A stretch of DNA of 40,632 bases from a virus (Duplodnaviria; Caudoviricetes): IMG/VR virus record IMGVR_UViG_3300017909_002515, positions 1-40,632 of that record. One strand, written 5' to 3'. Positions 9,556-19,186 of this stretch are shown in pieces (the stretch's first letter is position 1; every line of letters begins with the position of its first letter). Position numbers and translations under genes: made by a program. The notes under the pieces are model-generated. The model made no database searches, was not told the DNA's origin, and saw only the letters and a list, made by a program, of their open reading frames with translations.

Positions 9556-9940
9556 AGTATTGTTTTTGCTCGTGTTGATTGAGGCTGCTGGCATTTACTT
9601 TCTCTGGGGAGAAAGAGAAATCCTGAAAGAAAATGTTGTGAAGTTAGAGATTGCAATAGAGGAACAAAGGGCTGCAGTAGAATCAATACAACAACAGTAT
9701 GAAGTGCAGGGACAGGCACTCATAGAACAGACGCAAAAGAATGCCGAGATAGAAGGTGAAATGAACAGATACCTAAGTATCTTTAGTAGACATGATCTAA
9801 CAAAACTTGCCGCGGCAAGGCCTGGGTTGATACAACCAAGGGTGAACAATGGTACAAAAGATGTTTTTGAAACAATTGAACAGGACACACAGGAATTGTA
9901 TGAAGTTTCTAATCCTACCGCTGACACTGATACTGAGTAG
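9548..9940 (+). CDS. Putative i-spanin (Rz-like)
   Basis: N-terminal TM, long coiled coil, KLAAARPGLIQPRVN motif. Overlaps the downstream lipoprotein gene. Confidence 0.65.
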   Translation: MSKVLFLLVLIEAAGIYFLWGEREILKENVVKLEIAIEEQRAAVESIQQQYEVQGQALIEQTQKNAEIEGEMNRYLSIFSRHDLTKLAAARPGLIQPRVNNGTKDVFETIEQDTQELYEVSNPTADTDTE

Positions 9941-10286
9941 TTGTTCTCTCTTACCGGAAAGAACAAAACCAGTTGAGATTGTCACAAAACCTGTTCGTAT
10001 AAATATTACTCAACCGGCATACCCAAGGCCCTTAGACTTAAGGGAACCATATTGGTATGTTGTGAATGACGATAACCTTGAGACTTTTCTTGAGGATGTT
10101 CGTAAACAGTCTGGAGATCAGACTGTATTTTTTGCCATGACTGTAGCTGACTACGAATTAATGGCATATAACATGCAAGAGCTTCGTCGCTACATTCGTG
10201 AGGTTCAAGAAGTGGTTTTATATTATAGAACTATCACGGAAAATCTTAACAACGAAAGCGGAGAAGATGGTGGCGGAACAAACTAA
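9900..10286 (+). CDS. Putative o-spanin (Rz1-like lipoprotein)
   Basis: Start at 9900 after AGGA gives MKFLILPLTLILSSC (lipobox LSSC) and a Pro-rich segment. 41-nt overlap with the i-spanin candidate. Confidence 0.7.
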   Translation: MKFLILPLTLILSSCSLLPERTKPVEIVTKPVRINITQPAYPRPLDLREPYWYVVNDDNLETFLEDVRKQSGDQTVFFAMTVADYELMAYNMQELRRYIREVQEVVLYYRTITENLNNESGEDGGGTN

Positions 10287-10716
10287 CTTAGAAACTCAAG
10301 TAGCCGTTCTGAGAAAGGATGTTGAAAACATGAAAGAGATTCATGTACGCTTGGATAATGCAATTCATTCAATATCTGATGTAACTTCTGCTATCAACCG
10401 TATGTTGGCTGTCCATGAAGAAAAGATATCCCAACAAGAAGAAGCGGTTTTTGTTAGTGAACAACTCATGGAAAAAAGAAGAGTTGAGTTCTCCAAAGAC
10501 ATTACTGAAATTCATAGTAGAATTAGTAAAGTAAAAGAAGAACTATCTAAAGAAATGACCGAACAGCACTATAAAAATGAACGGCTTCTGGAATCAATTA
10601 AGACTGACGTTATTGAAAAGGTAAACGACCTAGAACGTTGGAGATGGATAATTTTTGGAGGAATCAGCGTCCTTGCCGTTTGTTCTTCCATAATTCTACC
10701 AAATTTACTCGTATAG
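10267..10716 (+). CDS. Coiled-coil protein with C-terminal TM helix
   Basis: GGAGA RBS before ATG 10267. Heptads end in LERWRWIIFGGISVLAV. Confidence 0.65.
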   Translation: MVAEQTNLETQVAVLRKDVENMKEIHVRLDNAIHSISDVTSAINRMLAVHEEKISQQEEAVFVSEQLMEKRRVEFSKDITEIHSRISKVKEELSKEMTEQHYKNERLLESIKTDVIEKVNDLERWRWIIFGGISVLAVCSSIILPNLLV

Positions 10717-11727
10717 ATTTTCTCTCGCCTCGTCCCACTTCGCAATTAAAGTTTCATTGTAGAGTTCTTCTGCAAACTCATAGTCTTCCTGATACTCTTC
10801 GTAGATAGGAGTGAGATCGTGTAAATCCCGATCAAATTTATTATTGTTTTGTGATGAATTTTCTCTTTCCCAATCGATATCTTTCCACACTACATCGCCA
10901 AGACAGTGGGCCATTCTACTCATAACCTCATCCCTTTCGTCATTATCATCACTGAAGAGGTCTTCATATGCATAAATGACACATGTTCGGTCATCAAATC
11001 CCCAAGTGTCCTGTAGGTTGTTTACCACATCTCTCAAATCTAAATCGTATGCCCTACCCTCATCAATCTCGTGTAGCATTGTTTCATACTCTTCTTGTGC
11101 AGTCCAGCTTCCACTCAAGACAATATCTGGATTAGTAAGAGATTCTAAAATCTCTGCGTGATTATCATATTGTTTGCCTGAAGCAATTTCTTTAAGATAC
11201 ATTTTTGCCATAGAGTGCAATCTACAAACAGGATCTCTCATTGCAAACATAGGAACGGTTCTTATTCCTTTTTCTTCGAATTTATCTTTTATAGTTTGAA
11301 GAGATGGTTGTTGTATTTGATACTTCACAGGAAATAAATCGGCAGAAATGTTGCCACTAGTCGGTTGTGTTTCTTGTTGTACCTTGTTTTCTAACACATC
11401 TCCATAGTGCTCTACGTAACTATCCAACCATCCTATAGGATTAGACATGTTGTACCCTGCGGTTCTATAGTATTGAATTGTTCTATTTACATATGTTAAG
11501 TCTAACGTCAAACCAAATTCCATCGACTGTTTCTTTGTGTGTTCTTCTTCATTCTGTATTATTTCATTACTACCGCCAGGCTCCGTGACATTGTACCAAT
11601 CCAAAAGAAGAGTTGGCTCTTTTTGCCAAGAAGCACACCACCAATCCTGTTTATTCAACTGTTTCCAAAACCAAGTAGTACCAGTTTTCTGCGCTCCCAT
11701 ATGGAGAATGTGAATTTTGTCAGGCAT
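10705..11727 (-). CDS. Sulfotransferase (P-loop, PAPS-dependent)
   Basis: 5'-PSB HMGAQKTGTTWFWKQL, KEP, 3'-PB MRDPVCRLHS, YEDLF. Confidence 0.75.
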   Translation of the reverse strand: MPDKIHILHMGAQKTGTTWFWKQLNKQDWWCASWQKEPTLLLDWYNVTEPGGSNEIIQNEEEHTKKQSMEFGLTLDLTYVNRTIQYYRTAGYNMSNPIGWLDSYVEHYGDVLENKVQQETQPTSGNISADLFPVKYQIQQPSLQTIKDKFEEKGIRTVPMFAMRDPVCRLHSMAKMYLKEIASGKQYDNHAEILESLTNPDIVLSGSWTAQEEYETMLHEIDEGRAYDLDLRDVVNNLQDTWGFDDRTCVIYAYEDLFSDDNDERDEVMSRMAHCLGDVVWKDIDWERENSSQNNNKFDRDLHDLTPIYEEYQEDYEFAEELYNETLIAKWDEARENLYE

Positions 11728-12763
11728 AGTCTTCCAATGCTCCTTTTCTTCTTAAGTCTAGAGTCGCGCAGTGCATACCGCCTGCGAGAGTCATTGCATG
11801 TCTAAATTGTATTGGGATGCAATCTATCTTATACTTATTTAGTTCCTTCATGAGTGGTGCTTGACAATTATCAATCACGACTGTATAATGGTCTATGCTA
11901 AGGAGGTTGAGGCCTATATAAGGGCTACAAGGTGCGGCATACCCCATTTTGTTTCCTTGAACCACAACGTCCTCAAAGTAAATTTTGTCCCAAGTCTTGA
12001 ATACTTCTGGACAATTGTGTTTGTTTACCCTATTAGAATTTAGAAGAACCAATCCAGGCCGTAATGGAATGATAGTGGAGTCAAAATGAGAAAAACTGTA
12101 AAGTTCACTGTAGTGCATTCTGTAACCCATAGGTTCAAGGAGGCGTTTCAACCATTGGTATCCTTTCATGTTTCCACTGTTAGAAACTTGATACAACAAG
12201 TCTTTACCTATTCGCACAAGGTTTGGTGCGTCAAATATAATTTCGTGGTTTTTTAACGTGGGTTTAGAGAGGTCTTCAAAGGTGAAAGAGTCATCTAAAA
12301 GTTTTGGTTTTGGTGCAGACAACCATAACGCACCGTCTTCAAAAGCTTCATACAAAATGTCTTCATACAGTCTTGTCTCAAAGTATCTTGCACGAACAGG
12401 ACTAGGTGTTTCGATTAACATGTTTCCAAGAGGTATGATTAAGTCTCTTGGACACCAACTGTACCAACCTTTAGATTTCCAACCTTGTCCAATATCGTAA
12501 GTGGTGTTTTCCCAATCAATAATTTTAGGACGATGAACCTTTACTCCACAACTTTCCAATACGCTTGCGAGGCCGTCTGCATCTTCGTTTGCTTCATCAA
12601 TCAACCACTGAGGGTATTCGCCCTCTGGAGGGACTTGATCAACAGGAGTATCTGCGTAACTAAAACTTCGTGCGCTAATATCGGTTGCGATTCTTGCGTG
12701 GTGGGCGTGTCCTACGATGATTTCTTCTAAAGGGTCAAAATCATTATGTGTGCTAATTTTCAC
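11720..12763 (-). CDS. Amidinotransferase (glycine / scyllo-inosamine-phosphate amidinotransferase family)
   Basis: NDFDPLEEIIVG, YSWCPRD, catalytic triad motifs FDAPN (Asp), SHFDST (His), GGMHCATLD (Cys). Confidence 0.9.
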   Translation of the reverse strand: MKISTHNDFDPLEEIIVGHAHHARIATDISARSFSYADTPVDQVPPEGEYPQWLIDEANEDADGLASVLESCGVKVHRPKIIDWENTTYDIGQGWKSKGWYSWCPRDLIIPLGNMLIETPSPVRARYFETRLYEDILYEAFEDGALWLSAPKPKLLDDSFTFEDLSKPTLKNHEIIFDAPNLVRIGKDLLYQVSNSGNMKGYQWLKRLLEPMGYRMHYSELYSFSHFDSTIIPLRPGLVLLNSNRVNKHNCPEVFKTWDKIYFEDVVVQGNKMGYAAPCSPYIGLNLLSIDHYTVVIDNCQAPLMKELNKYKIDCIPIQFRHAMTLAGGMHCATLDLRRKGALEDYA

Positions 12764-12793
12764 TTGACAATTACATCCTTAAAGAGTTATACT
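12764..12793 (+). promoter_or_regulatory. Sigma70-type early promoter for primase/nrd
   Basis: TTGACA-N18-TATACT, 7 nt upstream of the primase ATG. Confidence 0.7.
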
Positions 12794-12800
12794 ATTAAAC

Positions 12801-13775
12801 ATGACATACATTGACGAAAAATATATTCTACTAGCCTCGCCTCTTCTTTTGCAGTTTAAGAAAAGAGGTAATCAAGTATACAACTTCCGTTGTCCCTATT
12901 GTGGAGACTCACAAAAATCTAAAACAAAAAGTCGAGGATTTGTGTTTCCCAAAGGAGACACTCTTATATATAAGTGTCACAATTGCGAAAAAGTGACTAA
13001 CACTCAAAACTTAATAAGACATTTAGATGAAAATCTATATAAGGAGTACGTGAAAGAAAAGTTGTCTGGAGGGGTAGGGAACTCCGTTTCGGAACAACCA
13101 AGGGAAGAAAGATATTATTTTAAAAAGAATGGACTGATAAAGGTTTCTAGTTTGCGATGGGATCATCCCGTAAAGAAGTACGTGATGGCGAGAAGAATTC
13201 CTTCAAACAGACAATATCAACTATTCTATGCTCCAAAGTTTTATAAGTGGGTAAATAGCATTATAACTGACAAGTTCCCATCCAGTGGTGACCATCCACG
13301 ACTTGTTTTGCCCTTCTATGATGAGAGGGGAAAGATCTTTGCCTTTCAGGGTAGAGCGTTTGGTGAAGAAATTCCCAAGTACTTAACTATTAAGTTAGAT
13401 AACACAAAGGACAAAATTTATGGGCTCGACCGCGTTGACTACAATCGTACAGTATACGTTGTTGAAGGCCCCATTGATAGTCTATTCATAGATAACTGTA
13501 TTGCAACCGCTCAAGGTGATTTGAGGGTCGGTGTTGATAATGCAGTTCTCGTTCCCGACAATGAGCCTAGGAACAAACAGATTGTTACTAACATAGAAAA
13601 GTATATTGACGATGGTTATAAAGTAGTAATATGGCCAGAGTCGATTGTCCAGAAGGACATAAATGATATGATACTCTCAGGATTTACTGAGAGACAGTTG
13701 AAAGACATAATTGCACAGAATACATACGATGGAATGCTGGCAAAAGTTAGATTATCAAATTGGAAAAAGGTATAA
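12801..13775 (+). CDS. 61: T4-like DNA primase (gp61)
   Basis: Zn ribbon RCPYCGDS...YKCHNC, FQGRAF, TOPRIM VVEGPIDS, DNEPRN, KDINDM. Confidence 0.95.
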   Translation: MTYIDEKYILLASPLLLQFKKRGNQVYNFRCPYCGDSQKSKTKSRGFVFPKGDTLIYKCHNCEKVTNTQNLIRHLDENLYKEYVKEKLSGGVGNSVSEQPREERYYFKKNGLIKVSSLRWDHPVKKYVMARRIPSNRQYQLFYAPKFYKWVNSIITDKFPSSGDHPRLVLPFYDERGKIFAFQGRAFGEEIPKYLTIKLDNTKDKIYGLDRVDYNRTVYVVEGPIDSLFIDNCIATAQGDLRVGVDNAVLVPDNEPRNKQIVTNIEKYIDDGYKVVIWPESIVQKDINDMILSGFTERQLKDIIAQNTYDGMLAKVRLSNWKKV

Positions 13776-13777
13776 AA

Positions 13778-15583
13778 ATGGCTAAAAGAGACTATAATGG
13801 AATTCAAATTGATCTGTCTCGTGATGAATTGTTTGATAAGTTAGGACTGGCAAGACTGCAAGAATCTTATATGATGGAGGATGAAACCTCCCCACAGGAA
13901 CGCTTTGCATTTGTGAGTAAGGCGTTTTCATCTAACCCTGAACATGCACAGAGATTATACGACTATTCAAGTAAACACTGGTTGTCGTATTCAACACCTA
14001 TTTTATCATATGGTAGGTCAAAACGTGGCATGCCTATCTCATGTTTTTTAAATTATATCAACGATACTGCGGAGGGGTTAGTTGAAAATCTTAGTGAAAC
14101 AAATTGGCTTAGCATGTTGGGTGGCGGTGTTGGTATTGGCTTTGGTATCAGATCATCTGATGATAAGTCTACTGGGGTTATGCCTCATCTTAAGACTTAT
14201 GATTCGTCCTGTCTCGCTTATCGCCAAGGGCGTACTAGACGTGGTAGTTATGCTACTTACCTTGACATATCTCATCCAGATGTTTTGATGTTCCTTGAGA
14301 TGAGGAAACCCACAGGTGACCCAAACGTGAGGTGTTTGAATCTTCATCATGGAATTAATATCAACGATAGATTCATGGAGATTATTGAACGGTGCATGGT
14401 TGACCCTGAGGCCGATGATGGGTGGAATCTCACTGATCCACACACAGGTGAGATACGAGATACCGTATCTGCAAAGGCTCTTTGGCAAAAAATCCTTGAA
14501 CTGAGAATGGAAACGGGTGAACCGTATGTTCATTTTATTGATACCAGTAACAGACATCTACCACAGTTTCAAAAAGATTTGGGTTTGAAGATTCATCAGT
14601 CAAACCTTTGTTCTGAAATTATTTTACCAACTAACGAGGAGAGAACTGCTGTGTGCTGTTTGTCCTCAGTGAACTTGGAACACTATGATTCGTGGAGTAA
14701 AAACACCATGTTCCTTCGTGACATGGCAGAAATGTTGGACAATGTTTTGCAGTTCTTCATTGATAACGCTCCCGATGCTGTATCACGGGCTAAATTCTCA
14801 GCAATGCGTGAAAGGAGTATTGGTATTGGTGCGCTAGGATTCCATGCGTATTTACAAAAGAACAACCTTGCGTGGGAATCGTGGCAGGCAACAAGCGCAA
14901 ATGTAAGAATGTTTAGACACATTAGGAGTAAGTTAGATGAAGCAAATTTGGAACTCGGTAAAGAGCGCGGAGAAGCACCTGATGCAGTCGATACAGGAAG
15001 AAGGTTTAGTCATGTTATGGCTATCGCTCCCAATGCATCTTCTTCTATTATCATGGGCAACACTTCACCATCTATCGAACCTTTTAGGGCAAATGCTTAC
15101 CGACAAGACACGCTTTCGGGAGCGTATCTCAATAAAAATAAGTATTTGGATGTGCTTATTAAAAGTAAAATGGATGATGGTCAAACAAGAATTCCATATG
15201 ATGAAATATGGTCGTCAATAATTGCGAATGATGGTTCAGTTCAACATCTTGCTTTCTTAAGTGAAGATGAAAAGGCGGTATTTAAAACATCTATGGAAAT
15301 AGACCAAAGATGGGTTATTGACCATGCTGCAAAACGTCAAGAGTTTATTGACCAAGCACAATCTTTGAATCTGTTCTTTCGACCAGATTCAAACTTGAAA
15401 TATCTTCACGCTGTACATTTCCAAGCATGGAAACAAGGACTGAAGACACTATACTATTGTCGTTCCGAAAAACTTGGAAAGGCCGATAAAGTTTCAAACA
15501 GAATAGAAAGACAAATTATCAAGGAAATCGACATGAAAGCACTTGCTGTCGAAGATGAACCTTGTTTAGCGTGTGAGGGCTAA
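13778..15583 (+). CDS. nrdA: Ribonucleotide reductase class Ia alpha subunit (short, no ATP cone)
   Basis: PISCFL, GGGVG, SNLCSEI (radical Cys), IAPNASSS, LKTLYY, C-terminal CLAC. Confidence 0.97.
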   Translation: MAKRDYNGIQIDLSRDELFDKLGLARLQESYMMEDETSPQERFAFVSKAFSSNPEHAQRLYDYSSKHWLSYSTPILSYGRSKRGMPISCFLNYINDTAEGLVENLSETNWLSMLGGGVGIGFGIRSSDDKSTGVMPHLKTYDSSCLAYRQGRTRRGSYATYLDISHPDVLMFLEMRKPTGDPNVRCLNLHHGININDRFMEIIERCMVDPEADDGWNLTDPHTGEIRDTVSAKALWQKILELRMETGEPYVHFIDTSNRHLPQFQKDLGLKIHQSNLCSEIILPTNEERTAVCCLSSVNLEHYDSWSKNTMFLRDMAEMLDNVLQFFIDNAPDAVSRAKFSAMRERSIGIGALGFHAYLQKNNLAWESWQATSANVRMFRHIRSKLDEANLELGKERGEAPDAVDTGRRFSHVMAIAPNASSSIIMGNTSPSIEPFRANAYRQDTLSGAYLNKNKYLDVLIKSKMDDGQTRIPYDEIWSSIIANDGSVQHLAFLSEDEKAVFKTSMEIDQRWVIDHAAKRQEFIDQAQSLNLFFRPDSNLKYLHAVHFQAWKQGLKTLYYCRSEKLGKADKVSNRIERQIIKEIDMKALAVEDEPCLACEG

Positions 15584-15584
15584 C

Positions 15585-16562
15585 ATGACACCAACATCTA
15601 GATTAACAGACGAAAGAAGTTATTTTAAACCATTTAACTATGCATGGGCATATGACTCGTGGTTAAAACATGAGCAGTCACATTGGTTGCATACCGAAGT
15701 GCCAATGGTAGAAGACGTGAAGGATTGGAAAAACAAACTAACAGTAGAAGAAAAGTCGTTTCTTACAAACATCTTTAGATTCTTTACACAAGGAGACATT
15801 GATGTTGCAGGTGGGTATGTAAACAACTATCTTCCACACTTCAAACAGCCTGAGGTTCGTATGATGTTGGCCGGTTTTGCTGCAAGGGAAGCATTACACG
15901 TTGCTGCGTATTCACACCTTATTGAAACCCTTGGTATGCCAGACTCAACTTACAATGAGTTTCTTGAGTATGAAGCCATGGCCGCGAAACACGAATACTT
16001 CTTGGACTTATCAAACAATAACGGCACAAAAGAATCTATCGCAACAAATATTGCTGCGTTCTCTGCGTTTACCGAAGGTATGCAATTGTTTAGTTCCTTT
16101 ATCATGCTCCTTAACTTCCCACGCCACGGTAAGATGAAGGGTATGGGACAAATTGTCACTTGGTCTATTGTTGATGAAACAATGCACGCTGAATCTATGA
16201 TTAAGTTATTTCGTGAATATGTAAACGAAAACCTAGATATTTGGAATGACGATTTGAAATCTTCTATATACAGTATCGCAGAAAAAATGGTAGAACTTGA
16301 AGATAAGTTTATAGACTTGGCATTTGCAATTGGGCCAATGGAAAACCTAACCCCCGAAGATGTTAAAAAGTACATTAGATATATCGCAGACAGAAGACTG
16401 ATTAGTCTAGGACTGAAGGGTATATTTAAAGTAAAAAGAAACCCATTGTTATGGGTAGAAGAAATGATAAACGCCCCAACACACACTAATTTCTTTGAGA
16501 ATCGCGCTACGGATTATGCTCGCGGTGCGTTGACAGGAGATTGGTCTGATGTTTGGGCTTAG
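15585..16562 (+). CDS. nrdB: Ribonucleotide reductase class Ia beta subunit
   Basis: FFTQGD, REALHVAAY (radical Tyr), TEG..LFSSF, DETMH, TNFFE. Confidence 0.97.
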   Translation: MTPTSRLTDERSYFKPFNYAWAYDSWLKHEQSHWLHTEVPMVEDVKDWKNKLTVEEKSFLTNIFRFFTQGDIDVAGGYVNNYLPHFKQPEVRMMLAGFAAREALHVAAYSHLIETLGMPDSTYNEFLEYEAMAAKHEYFLDLSNNNGTKESIATNIAAFSAFTEGMQLFSSFIMLLNFPRHGKMKGMGQIVTWSIVDETMHAESMIKLFREYVNENLDIWNDDLKSSIYSIAEKMVELEDKFIDLAFAIGPMENLTPEDVKKYIRYIADRRLISLGLKGIFKVKRNPLLWVEEMINAPTHTNFFENRATDYARGALTGDWSDVWA

Positions 16563-16571
16563 GAGAAGTAA

Positions 16572-16760
16572 ATGAAAAGGAAATTGACTTGTTTAGAATG
16601 TGATGGGGTTTTTACTATAAATCATTCTATGGAAGACGATGACTACAATGCAGAGTTTTGTGTTTTTTGTGGTACATCAATAGTAGAAGAATTAGATTAT
16701 GATGAGGATGAGTCGAGAGATTATATTGATCTAGACCCTGATGATGATGAAGACTTCTAG
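16572..16760 (+). CDS. Small zinc-ribbon protein with acidic tail
   Basis: CLEC...CVFCG, AGGAG RBS. Confidence 0.75.
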   Translation: MKRKLTCLECDGVFTINHSMEDDDYNAEFCVFCGTSIVEELDYDEDESRDYIDLDPDDDEDF

Positions 16761-17076
16761 TGCAAAGGCAAAGGGTAGACGATTACAAAAATGGTTTGCA
16801 GAACAGCTTGTTGAAAAACTAGGAATAGACCCCGAAGACGTGGAGTCTAGGCCTATGGGTTCACAGGGCGAAGACATAATTATAGGAAAAGAAGCTAGAC
16901 AATCCTTTCCCTATAGTGTAGAATGTAAGAATCAAGAGCGTGTGAACGTTTGGGAATCTTACCATCAAGCAGAATCAAACTGTAAAGGGTATGAACCTGT
17001 TCTGGTGATTAAGAAAAACGGTGAAAAGCCTCTAGTAGTTATTGATGCTGAACACTTTTTAAAAATGTTAAAATAG
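16747..17076 (+). CDS. PD-(D/E)XK nuclease, archaeal Holliday-junction-resolvase-like
   Basis: SAKAKGRRLQ, GED, SVECKNQE. Confidence 0.7.
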   Translation: MKTSSAKAKGRRLQKWFAEQLVEKLGIDPEDVESRPMGSQGEDIIIGKEARQSFPYSVECKNQERVNVWESYHQAESNCKGYEPVLVIKKNGEKPLVVIDAEHFLKMLK

Positions 17077-17085
17077 GAAATTATT

Positions 17086-17373
17086 ATGGATGTTAGATTA
17101 TTCAGAATATCTTCAGGTGAAGATATTATCGCTGAGGTTGTAGAATCAAATGACGATGTTCTTACAATTAAGAATGGTATAGTTGCTATTCCAAATGGTA
17201 AAAGTATGCAGATTGGTTTTGCACCTTGGACGCCACTTCTCGACCCCGACACGGAAATTGTAATTGAAAAGTCTTGGGTTGTTTATGATGCTACACCGAG
17301 TAGTGCGGTGCTAGAACATTATAACGGTATGTTTGGAAACGTTATGGTTCCAGAGAACAAGATTATAGTGTGA
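17086..17373 (+). CDS. Conserved T4-like hypothetical protein (Sm-like fold candidate)
   Basis: RLFRISSGEDIIAEV...FAPW...Y..MFG pattern. Confidence 0.65.
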   Translation: MDVRLFRISSGEDIIAEVVESNDDVLTIKNGIVAIPNGKSMQIGFAPWTPLLDPDTEIVIEKSWVVYDATPSSAVLEHYNGMFGNVMVPENKIIV

Positions 17374-18446
17374 GTTTTTTCTGTCCCGAACCATATACAA
17401 AAATATCAACTGACACGAACGGGTTTTGGAAACCATGTTGTATTTCAAAACCCAGTTCGATGCACATTGATACCGTTAAGTATATGGACTTTTATAATTC
17501 AGATGAAATGGTTCGCTTGCGAGAAGATCAAAAAGCGGGCAATATGTCTACTTTGGTGAAAGAAACTTGTTATGCTTGTATACATGATGAAAAAGTCACA
17601 GGTAGGTCTAGGAGAACTCAGATGCTAGAAGAGAATCCAGACCTTACACAGATAGACAATATCAAACTAAAACACATTGGAAATCTTTGCAACTTAAAAT
17701 GTTTGATGTGTTTTCCAGAGGTGTCTTCTCTTTACGCCATGGAGGCTCAGATACTAGATGACTACGATGGTGATATTGTTATTTCTCATAAACCAACAGA
17801 AACCTATCTTGAGGGGCTGAAAGAAGTACTCCCAAAAGTAAAGGCAATAAAGTTTGTAGGTGGAGAGCCTATCATTAATCCAGAAACGTGGAACTTTCTT
17901 AAGTGGTTGAAGTTAAATCAATTTTTTCACCTTGAGATTGAGTTTACAACAAACGGGACGAGACACTTTACTGACGCAGAAGAACTTCTTTTAATGTGGT
18001 TCAAGTCAGTAAATATTATTGTTTCAATTGATGCGGTAGGTGAAAAAAATGATTATATTCGTTTCCCATCAAAATTTGCAAACTTATATAAAAACTACAA
18101 ACGTTTTAAGGAGTTCGCTAATCACGTAAATTTACACACCACAGTAACCATGCTGAATATTGGTGATGTAGATAAGGTATTGGATTACTTTTCTGAAACG
18201 GATGTAAGTGTTGGACAGGCGATATCAAAACCCGATTTTCTATCTCCCGAAAACCTCCCTTACAGTATTAAAGAAAACTATTGTTCAGAGATACCCCACA
18301 TACAAAAGATATTGGAAACTAAACCAAACTATCAGAAGTTTATGGAGGGGATGATATATCTAAAGAAAAGAGACGTACACAGAAAGACAAACTTGTTAAA
18401 TCTGTGGCCGGAGTTTGAAAGTTATTATCCTATAGGCACAACATGA
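17370..18446 (+). CDS. Radical SAM protein with N-terminal Twitch/SPASM-like Cys cluster
   Basis: CxxxCxxC GNLCNLKCLMC, GGEP, TTNGT, SIDA, YIRFP. N-terminal CPEP..PCC..CYAC. Confidence 0.9.
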   Translation: MSFFCPEPYTKISTDTNGFWKPCCISKPSSMHIDTVKYMDFYNSDEMVRLREDQKAGNMSTLVKETCYACIHDEKVTGRSRRTQMLEENPDLTQIDNIKLKHIGNLCNLKCLMCFPEVSSLYAMEAQILDDYDGDIVISHKPTETYLEGLKEVLPKVKAIKFVGGEPIINPETWNFLKWLKLNQFFHLEIEFTTNGTRHFTDAEELLLMWFKSVNIIVSIDAVGEKNDYIRFPSKFANLYKNYKRFKEFANHVNLHTTVTMLNIGDVDKVLDYFSETDVSVGQAISKPDFLSPENLPYSIKENYCSEIPHIQKILETKPNYQKFMEGMIYLKKRDVHRKTNLLNLWPEFESYYPIGTT

Positions 18447-19039
18447 AAAATTATGAAAACGTTTTGGTGGTATCAGCACACCCCGACGATTTAGAAATAT
18501 CTGCTGGAGGCACAGTATCTAAACTTACACGTAAGGGTGTAAATGTCGATAACCTAATTATGGTTCATGACGTGCCTCACAAAAAATACGTAGAAGCATC
18601 TTCTAAGTGGTTGGGGTTTAATCCCATCTTTTTAGATTTTGAAACTTCTAGACCAAGAGAGTCACAGCATGTCATTGCACATATCGAACTTATGTTAGAC
18701 ATCCCATCTTATGATTTAATTATTACTCAATGGAGAGAGGACTGGCATCAAGATCATAGGATGACACATTATGTTGCTAACAGTTTAAGACGAAAGGGCA
18801 CTTGTGATGTTTGGTATATGGATGCCTGGCCGTACAATCAAAAGTATGAACAATTTAGAAACAGTGTCTATGTTGATATTACTGAAGATGAAAGACGTAA
18901 GAGACAGGCAATAAGAGAATATAAGAATGTGCCTTCTAGTGCAGTTGATAAAATCAGAGGGTACAATGCATACAGAGGAGATTTTATTAACTCTGGTTAT
19001 GCAGAAGTTTTCTCTGCCGATACTATAATTCTGAGATAA
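18443..19039 (+). CDS. PIG-L/LmbE-family N-acetyl deacetylase
   Basis: SAHPDDLEI..GGT, HQDH, YVDIT, YAEVF. Confidence 0.9.
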   Translation: MKNYENVLVVSAHPDDLEISAGGTVSKLTRKGVNVDNLIMVHDVPHKKYVEASSKWLGFNPIFLDFETSRPRESQHVIAHIELMLDIPSYDLIITQWREDWHQDHRMTHYVANSLRRKGTCDVWYMDAWPYNQKYEQFRNSVYVDITEDERRKRQAIREYKNVPSSAVDKIRGYNAYRGDFINSGYAEVFSADTIILR

Positions 19040-19060
19040 TACCGGCAGATACTGGCTACA

Positions 19061-19186
19061 TTATACTATTGCAATGATGACAAATGGAATGGCGATTGCA
19101 CCAACAACAAGTGCAACTGCGGTTACTACTTCGCAAACAGCACAAACACGTTCATTTTCCATCAGGCTTTTGACCAAACTGGACAT
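19061..19186 (-). CDS. 41-aa single-TM peptide with CxxC (not in ORF track)
   Basis: AAGGAGA RBS. MSSLVKSLMENERVCAVCEVVTAVALVVGAIAIPFVIIAIV*. TCTAAATA late-like box on the minus strand at 19236-19243. Confidence 0.7.
   Translation of the reverse strand: MSSLVKSLMENERVCAVCEVVTAVALVVGAIAIPFVIIAIV

Noticed and set aside
12801-16562. Introns, inteins or homing endonucleases in primase, nrdA or nrdB
   Set aside because: All three ORFs are continuous and of ordinary length, with no intein or endonuclease motifs.
17370-18446. Radical SAM protein as the PqqE for the phage PqqA
   Set aside because: Its Cys-rich auxiliary region is N-terminal rather than a C-terminal SPASM domain, there is no PqqD/RRE partner, and it lies 21 kb away.
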